From assembly GCA_002269645.1 (NCBI GenBank), contig NIVC01001096.1, positions 62,001 to 126,000 on the forward strand: a stretch of 64,000 nucleotides of DNA, written 5' to 3'. Of the stretch, positions 51,914 to 64,000 are shown piece after piece (the stretch's first letter is position 1; every line of letters starts with the position of its first letter). Source of the stretch: Macrostomum lignano (Eukaryota). Under the pieces are notes generated by a model. That model made no database searches and was not told where the DNA came from. It saw only the letters and a list, made by a program, of their open reading frames with translations. A program made the translations under genes and the position numbers.

Positions 51914-52161
51914 TAGATAGATAGATAGATAGATCCATCAAAAGGCATGCTGAATCTCCTACTTTAAATCTTTTTATAAAACCGATCAGCTAATTTCGTC
52001 AATAGTTGTATTGCCTCGTAGTAAAGTGTTTACTTTTGTACAAAGCGTCTATGACCCACAGTTCTAATAAAATGTTAGTTCGCTTTTAAAAGGGGAATGC
52101 CCGTTGAAAACAGCTTGCTGAATTTGAAACTCTCAGCAAGCAATAACGATCTTTCACCGTC

Positions 52162-52844
52162 ATGGCTCCCAAGGTAGTTCAACAGAAAAGTCAAGGCGGC
52201 AAGACTATGATGGTCGGCAATGCACAGAAAATTTTGTCAACTGAGAAGATGACAAAGAAAATAGTTGAAAATAAGGTAAGCGAGTGCCTGTGTGAGTTGT
52301 TGCCACCTTCAACGCCTCATGCCAGCTTGTGTGTTTAAATAATTAAACCGCTCATTATCAGGAGTCGCTAATCAAACCAGCAACCGGGCTCACTGCCAAC
52401 GATGTTCAATCCCTCTACGGCTCCGACATCGCTTGCATGGCTGAGCACTTGAACGCACTGTTGAAAAACAGCTCTCTGGCGGCCTACTGCCTGCCTCTAG
52501 ACCAGGTGAACGTCTTTAGTCGCCTGTACGAAGGTGTGCTACAGTGCGCAGTCGCGAACCTGCTTCAGCCGGGCGCCGTCGATCCTGCGGTGGTGAATTT
52601 GAAGCCTGCCAGCGAGTTGGAAATGTTGCAGAATAGAAACCTCGGCCTGGCATCGCTTCGTCAGTTGGGCCTTTGCGTCAGCCAGTCGGACGAGATGCGC
52701 CCGAGTCTGGATAGGCCGTTCCGCATGACGCCACTGCTGGTCCAAATCTTGCGCTTGGTTTCGTTGGGACGAATGAACTTTCGTGATAATCATCTATTGG
52801 TGCACCTGTTCACAGACTGGGGTTCCGATCCGCAAGATGCTAAG

Positions 52845-52907
<63 letters not shown>

Positions 52908-55900
52908 TTGCGTGTTTGAACTTGATTCTGAGTAAAATTCAAAACTCACTTTAAAGGGCAATTCTAGCCACTGAGCGAGAAAAGATCTTGCAACTCTGGG
53001 TGAACTACCAGCTTCGAAAAGAAGGCACTACAGATACTGTGCTCAAAGACTTTGGCGCAGGACTCGCAGACTCCAGCGTTTATGCCCGGTTACTCTGGGT
53101 TGTTGCTCCACTCAAAATCCGAGAAACTTTGCACAATACCAGTGAAGTTATAAAGCACAGGGATTTTCTCAAACGTGCTCAATTAGTCGTTTCAAATGCA
53201 GAAAAGCTGGGCATTAAAGGAGTGATCAACCCCGAGCATATCGCAGATGCTGGAAAAGACGAATTGTCCAGCACAAAGGGTTTGCACAACAATTTAATCA
53301 ACACGGCATTTCTGTACCGAATATTTCAAGCTTATCCAAATATCGATGAGCCAAAGGTGACGAAATCTGCATCTGGAGTTGCTGCTCCAACGCCTGAGCA
53401 GCTGAGAGCCTGGTGCAAATGTGGCGCGAGCGAGGAGACCCTGGTCAGATGGCTCAACTCATTTGGACAAATTAATCCCGTTGTTTCCCTGGAGACGGAT
53501 CTGTGCAATGGGATCATTTTGCTTCAGGTTGGGCGAATTCGTTTTGTTTGACAGTTTAGTCAATGCGACTAGCCATCTGCGCCCCCCCATTGGGGAGGCA
53601 ACACGAAGGATAAAAAACAACTACATTTAGATTTCGACCTTGCGCAGTCGCTTTTGTTACGCTCGTAGTATCTTAATGAAAATGATATTTAAAGCAAAAA
53701 GCATCAACCCTGAAAGCCAGCTATATCTAGCCTAAGATATCAGCATCCCCTGTAAGAGCTTTAGGCCCCCCTTTAAGCCAGGGGTCTGCAAACTTTTTAC
53801 CTCGGATGCCAGAAAGAGAACCTAGCTCATGACTGCTGGCTAGAGGAGAAGAGAGAGGAGAGGAAATAGAAAAGAGAGAAGATAGATCGGAGAAAGTAAA
53901 GGCGAGGGAAAAAATACAAGAGAGGAGACGATAGGAGAAATGAAATAGGAAAGGAGAGAGGAGACGAGAGAAGGAGGGATCAGAGAGGAGAGAAGAAGAG
54001 AGAGGAGAAGAGGAGAGGAGAGAGGAGGAGAGGAGAGAAGAGGAGACGAGAGAAGTTGAGAGGAGAGAAGAGGAGAGGAGAGAAGAGGAGAGGAGAGAAG
54101 AGGAGAGAGGAGAGGGGGGAAGGAAGTGAGGAGAGAAGAGAAGGACGCACACCACAAACATTGAGCAGTGAAGTTTCAAATGACCCAAGCGCCGATAGAG
54201 AAGCTTCGCGGGCCGCCCTGCTTTAAGCCATGGATTAACCCCAACTCTCCCTTTGATCTACCTTTGGCTTGGCCTACCATTAACTTCTAATTGACCCTCG
54301 GTATCTCAGTAAACCATCATGAGCCACAGCGTTTCAGTGCAATGTGAACTTTAGTCAATGTGAGGTTAAGACAATGTGAGGTTTAAGCGATAAGTATGAT
54401 TGAGTTTTGAATTATCGAATCTCACCTTGCAGGTGTGGGAAGCGATGATCCCGGGCTGCGTACGCTGGTCAAACGTGAAAACTGTTAACGAAATAAAGAA
54501 TCCCTCGATGCGCCTGCACACCTGGGCAGCAAATTGCGAAGAGGTGATCAAATGTGCAGATAAAGCCGGCATCAATAGGAGCATCTGCTCAGCTACCGAC
54601 ATAGTGTCTGGTCACGTGAAAAGCATAGCAGCTCTGGTGTTTCTCATGATGCGCCTGCACTCTCAGATTCAGCGCCAACAGTTGCTGGGCGGTCGCGACA
54701 GTGTGACAGATCTTGACGATTCCGGCCTGGTCGAGTGGTTCAACAGCAAACTCAAGGGGTACCGGAGCGACTTTCAGCTGAAAAGTATGGAGGTGAGCTG
54801 AGAAAGACTGGGTAGAATAATTAGTCAGGTTTTAGAGCAGTTGTGGCATCATGGGTTGTCCATCATGGGTTGTCCATCATGGGTTGTCCATCATGGGTTG
54901 TCCATCATGGGTTGTCCATCATGGGTTGTCCATTATGGGTTGTCCATCATGGGTTGTCCATAATGGGTTGTCCATCATGGGTTGTCCATCATGGGTTGTC
55001 CATCATGGGTTGTCTATCATGGGTTGTCCATCATGGGTTGTCCATTATGGGTTGTCCATCATGGGTTGTCCATCATGGGTTGTGGATCACACATGTGAAT
55101 CGCTAAAAAAACTTTCGAACACAAGCCCAAGCTTACTGTCATGTGAACGCGCACAATATTTGACCCAAAAGTAAAAAAGTGATCTTGAGCAACTTGGTTA
55201 AAGACAAAGATAGATTTCACTGCCAATAAGTTTAGTAGCAGATTTCCCACATTAAATTTTTGACTTGGATACGAAGCAATATCGTTTTTGTTATTTCAGG
55301 ACCCCAGATTAAAAAGTACAAACGCGCTAGGCTTCATTGGCGAGCGCGTACTCGTTGAAAAGCGGCTTTTGGTCCATGGGCCGCAAAGTGCAGCAGACTC
55401 TGCCCCCGATTCGGCCCTGCAGAGTGCTTCAGACGCATCGTTGGACGCTAAGAAATCTTCAGGCACTCAACTGGATGCTAAGAAATCTTCAGGCACTCAA
55501 CTGGATGCTAAGAAATCTTCAGGCACTCAACTGGATGCTAAGAAATCTTCAGGCACTCAACTGGACGCTAAGAAATCTTCAGGCACTCAACTGGATGCTA
55601 AGAAATCTTCAGGCACTCAACTGGATGCTAAAAAATCTTCAGGCACTCAACTGGATGCTAAGAAATCTTCAGGTACTCAACTGGACGCTAAGAAATCTTC
55701 AGGCACTCAACTGGATGCTAAGAAATCTTCAGGCACTCAACTGGATGCTAAGAAATCTTCAGGCACTCAACTGGATTCTAAGGAAACTTCAGGCACTCAA
55801 CTGGATGCTAAGAAATCTTCAGGCACTCAACTGGATGCTAAGAAATCTTCAGGCACTCAACCGGACGCTAAGAAAACTTCAGGCACTCAGCCGGATGCCA

Positions 55901-58296
55901 AGAAAACTTCAGGCACTCAACCGGACGCTAAGAAATCTTCAGGCACTCAACTGGATGCTAAGAAATCTTCAGGAACTCAACCCGACGCTAAAAAAACTTC
56001 AGAAACTCAACCAGAGCCTCAGAAATCTTCAGGCACCCAACCGGACGCTAAGAAATCTTCAGGCACTCAACCGGACGCTAAGAAAACTTCAGGCACTCAG
56101 CCGGACGCCAAGAAAACTTCAGGCACTCAACCGGACGCTAAGAAATCTTCAGGCACTCAACTGGATGCTAAGAAATCTTCAGGCACTCAACTGGACGCTA
56201 AGAAATATTCAGGCACTCAACTGGATGCTAAGAAATCTTCAGGCACTCAACTGGATGCTAAGGAAACTTCAGGCACTCAACTGGATGCTAAGAAATCTTC
56301 AGGCACTCAACTGGACGCTAAGAAATCTTCAGGCACTCAATCTGATTCGCAAAAAACTTCAGAAACTCAACCAGAGCCTCAGAAAACTTCAGGCAATCAA
56401 TCGGACGCTAAGAAATCTTCAGGCACTCAAATGGATGCTAAGAAATCTTCAGGCACTCAACTGGACGCTAAGAAATCTTCAGGCACTCAACTGGACGCTA
56501 AGAAAACTTTAGGCACTCAACTGGATGCTAAGGAAACTTCAGGCACTCAACTGGATGCTAAGAAAACTTCAGGCACTCAACTGGATGCTAAGGAAACTTC
56601 AGGCACTCAACTGGATGCTAAGAAAACTTCAGGCACTCAACTGGATGCTAAGAAATCTTCAGGCACTCAACTGGATGCTAAGGAAACTTCAGGCACTCAA
56701 CTGGATGCTAAGGAAACTTCAGGCACTCAACTGGATGCTAAGGAAACTTCAGGCACTCAACTGGATGCTAAGAAATCTTCAGGCACTCAACTGGACGCTA
56801 AGAAATCTTCAGGCACTCAGCCGGACGCTAAGAAAACTTCAGGCACTCAGCCGGACGCTAATAAAACTTCAGGCACTCAGCCGGACGCTAAGAAAACTTC
56901 TTCAGGCACTCAACCGGACGCTAAGAAAACTTCAGGCACTCAACTGAACGCTAAGAAATCTTCAGGCACTCAGTATGACTCACAAAAAACTTCAGGCACT
57001 CAACCGGACGCTAAGAAAACTTCAGACACTCATATGGACGCTAAGAAAACTTCAGACACTCATCCGGACGCTAAGAAATCTTCAAGCACCCAACTGGACG
57101 CCAAGAAAACTTCAGGCACTCAACTGGATGCTAAGAAAACTTCAGGCACTCAACTGGATGCTACGGAAACTTCAGGCACTCAACTGGATGCTAAGGAAAC
57201 TTCAGGCACTCAACTGGATGCTAAGGAAACTTCAGTCACTCAACTGGATGCTAAGAAAACTTCAGGCACTCAACCGGACGCTAAGAAAACTTCAGGCACC
57301 CAACCGGACGCTAAGAAAACTTCAGGCACCCAACCCGACGCTAAGAAAGCTTCTTCAGGCACTCAATCTGACTCACAAAAAACTTCATCAGAAACTCAAC
57401 TGAACGCTAAGAAATCTTCAGGCACTCAGTATGACTCACAAAAAACTTCAGGCACTCAACCGGACGCTAAGAAAACTTCAGACACTCATATGGACGCCAA
57501 GAAAACTTCAGGCACTCAACTGGATGCTAAGAAAACTTCAGGCACCCAACTGGATGCTAAGAAATCTTCAGGCACTCAACTGGATGCTAAGAAAACTTCA
57601 GGCACTCAACTGGATGCTAAGGAAACTTCAGGCACTCAACTGGATGCTAAGGAAACTTCAGTCACTCAACTGGATGCTAAGGAAACTTCAGGCACTCAAC
57701 TGGATGCTACGGAAACTTCAGGCACTCAACTGGATGCTAAGAAAACTTCAGGCACTCAACCGGCGCTACAGAAATTTTCAGGCACTCAACCGGACGCTAA
57801 GAAAACTTCAGGCACTCAACCGGACGCTAAGAAAACTTCAGGCACCCAACCGGACGCTAAGAAAACTTCAGGCACTCAGCCGGACGCTAATAAAACTACA
57901 GGCACTCAACTGGAGACCACACAGAGAACAGAATACACCATACAGGCCACCAAAACCCAGCCAGAAATATCCAGATCTCTCACCAAAGGCAGTCGCTCAA
58001 TGCTACCAGCACATCTCTTAAACTCTTTGTACAATCAAAATGCGATGGACATCAAGGATGTAGATCTAGAAAACTGCAGCAATGCTCCGCCTATTGGTGC
58101 TTGGTTATTCGATAGCGTTCGCTCGCTGAACCCTGACGAGCAGTCGAAGTTTTCAACTGCAGCGATTCTCATGCTCCACAAAGGTGGCATAATTGTATAC
58201 GCCAGCAGGCTGGGACCTGACACAGACGTTGCTGTGTACCGCAGTCTCCTGCTGCAGCTGAACGCTCTGTCTGCGTCTGCTCCGCGCTCTGGCTGA
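52162..58296 (+). CDS. Divergent plastin/fimbrin-like protein, copy B, 1507 aa, with about 82 x 10-aa repeat; exons 52162-52275, 52362-52843, 52957-53527, 54433-54792, 55300-58296
   Basis: Same intron positions and phases (0, 2, 0, 0) as copy A. CH motifs EGVLQCAVANLLQPGAVD, KILQLWVNYQL, EETLVRWLNSFG..DLCNGIILLQ|VWEAMIPG, DDSGLVEWFN. The last exon stays open for 999 codons and ends in a segment homologous to the copy A C-terminus. 4524 nt in frame. Confidence 0.85.
52844..52907. repeat. (AGT)n starting at the splice donor of copy B intron 2
   Basis: GTGAGTAGTAGTAG... Confidence 0.9.
53840..54140. repeat. AG-rich low-complexity tract (copy B intron 3)
   Basis: Direct reading. Confidence 0.85.
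54846..55085. repeat. 14-bp minisatellite (copy B intron 4)
   Basis: Unit CCATCATGGGTTGT. Confidence 0.95.
55441..57915 (+). repeat. Coding 30-bp tandem repeat (SGTQLDAKKS) inside the copy B last exon
   Basis: Unit TCAGGCACTCAACTGGATGCTAAGAAATCT; occasional 33-bp units preserve the frame. Confidence 0.95.
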
Positions 58297-58333
58297 CGTC
58301 TTGTGCAGCTCTTTAATAAGTGTCTACTTTGGC

Positions 58334-58465
58334 ACAGACATTGGCCCCACCATCTGACACCCATTGGCCCAACCATCTGACACAGCCATTGGCCCAACCA
58401 TCTGACACAGACATTGTCCCCACTATCTGACAACAGACATTGGCCCAAGAATCTGACACAGACAT
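58334..58465 (-). repeat. 26-bp TGTGTCAGAT-family minisatellite just after the copy B stop
   Basis: ATCTGACACAGACATTGGCCC units. Confidence 0.85.
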
Positions 58466-59121
58466 TTCTGCAGCAGCTGAATCCGGTATATAAGTCTGCG
58501 ACAAAGGCTGTACAATGCCTACTAGTGTAATCTTACTCGTATTGATAAGCATGTTACCGGTCCACTTTCGCAGATAATCTATAAGCTAATTAAATATACG
58601 TGAGTGCAGGTACAAGTAGTTATTTTTGTTTGAAAATTCGACAAAATATCACAGGATTTTATAAATCTTTTTAGATCATAATATGACGCTTTACTGCCAA
58701 ATTTGTTTTAATTAATTACCTAAAAAATCGAATTTCACGTGTTCTACAGAAATTAGAAGTATTGAATGAGTTATTCAGTCTTATGCCAAAGTCTTTTATA
58801 GTCAAAAAAGCAAGCTTCAATTAGGCTTGTTCGTCTAAAAAATCGTTGTGCACTCGTTCAGGCTACTTACTGATAAGTAGTTTAAAAGAATGTTATTATC
58901 AGATCGCGAGCGAGACTAATCTATGGCCATGAGTACGAGAGTGTTATAATGCCGGTATCGCACGAAAAAAACTGTGCTTCAAACAGTCTATGGTAACATC
59001 GTCGAGTACTTTCACCGCAACTGTGGCTTCGCTCTAGTCGACTACCTCGAGCAAGCTCTTTCCAGCAGATCATCTAAGCTCTAAGCTATTCATCATTCAG
59101 AGCCGGCCGCATCATCAGACC

Positions 59122-63285
<4,164 letters not shown>

Positions 63286-63675
63286 GTGAGCTCAGTCTTT
63301 TGTATACATTTAGCTGGGTCTGAGCCCAGCTCTGAGCTTTCATCTTATCTGAGTACGGCAAATTTGAGCTGGATCTCAGCTTGCTGACACGGTGTCTGTC
63401 TTAACCAGTAATATCAATCCGAATTAGCTGCACACTAACAACCGCTAAGGGGGCCGGCGACTCAGGCTCGAATTCTTCGGTCTAAATTGGAATCTCGGCT
63501 TGGCTTTGCTCGAGCAATTAACGTCCTTGAAGACCAACCCCAAGGCACAGTGAAGTGTACATGCCGATAACGATAAATAGTTAGGGCCGCTGTACACTCC
63601 TGTGTGAGTGTGCGCCTGTGCGTTTGACTGCGTGCGTAAACGCGCGCTTGTGTGCCTCTGTAGGGAGTCGTCTTA

Positions 63676-63922
63676 ACTGTCGATTGTGTAGTCGGTTCTG
63701 TCGATTGTGTAGTCGGTTCTGTCGGTTGTGTAGTCGGTTCTGTCGATTGTGTAGTCGGTTCTGTCGATTGTGTAGTCGGTTCTGTCGGTTGTGTAGTCGG
63801 TTCTGTCGATTGTGTAGTCGGTTCTGTCGATTGTGTAGTCGGTTCTGTCGATTGTGTAGTCGGTTCTGTCGATTGTGTAGTCGGTTCTGTCGATTGTGTA
63901 GTCGGTTCTGTCGGTTGTGTAG
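63676..63922. repeat. 21-bp minisatellite (copy C intron 4)
   Basis: Unit GATTGTGTAGTCGGTTCTGTC. Confidence 0.95.
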
Positions 63923-64000
63923 CAAGTTCGCTTAAGCACACAGCCCCCTGCCTCTGATAACAAACTAGCGTCCGCCAAGTCAACTTAAAAACAGCTAGCG

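Noticed and set aside
55337-58021. Overlapping frame ORFs (MLRNLQALNW)n
   Set aside because: Shifted-frame reading of the copy B coding repeat; it is broken by stops and not connected to the splice phase.

Overview
Intron-containing animal DNA, not prokaryotic, and extremely rich in minisatellites. The style (short introns, polyQ/polyA-rich proteins, a different tandem repeat in almost every long intron) resembles a Macrostomum-type flatworm, but that is inference. Six protein-coding genes were reconstructed by hand with GT-AG junctions and matching phases: a PKA-inhibitor peptide (PKI, +), a TBC1D10-family RabGAP (3 exons, +), PRDM1/Blimp-1 (4 coding exons, -, with a recognisable promoter), and a tandem cluster of three highly divergent plastin/fimbrin-like paralogs (+). 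The third paralog has a 1-bp frameshift and runs off the window. The plastin-like cluster is the most unusual element. These proteins have no EF-hand headpiece, and in the two complete copies the fourth CH domain appears split by a large paralog-specific low-complexity coding insert: about 285 aa of polyproline plus 9-aa repeats in copy A, and about 910 aa built from about 82 copies of a 10-aa SGTQLDAKKS repeat in copy B. Mobile DNA includes a hAT-type MITE with an 8-bp TSD, a Ginger1-like element (CCGG TSD) carrying a nested 9-bp-TSD MULE-like MITE, a CORE-type SINE, and a small hairpin element embedded in (TAGA)n. Most long ORFs in the supplied track are artefacts of stop-free tandem repeats. 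There is no CRISPR array, rRNA or tRNA gene.
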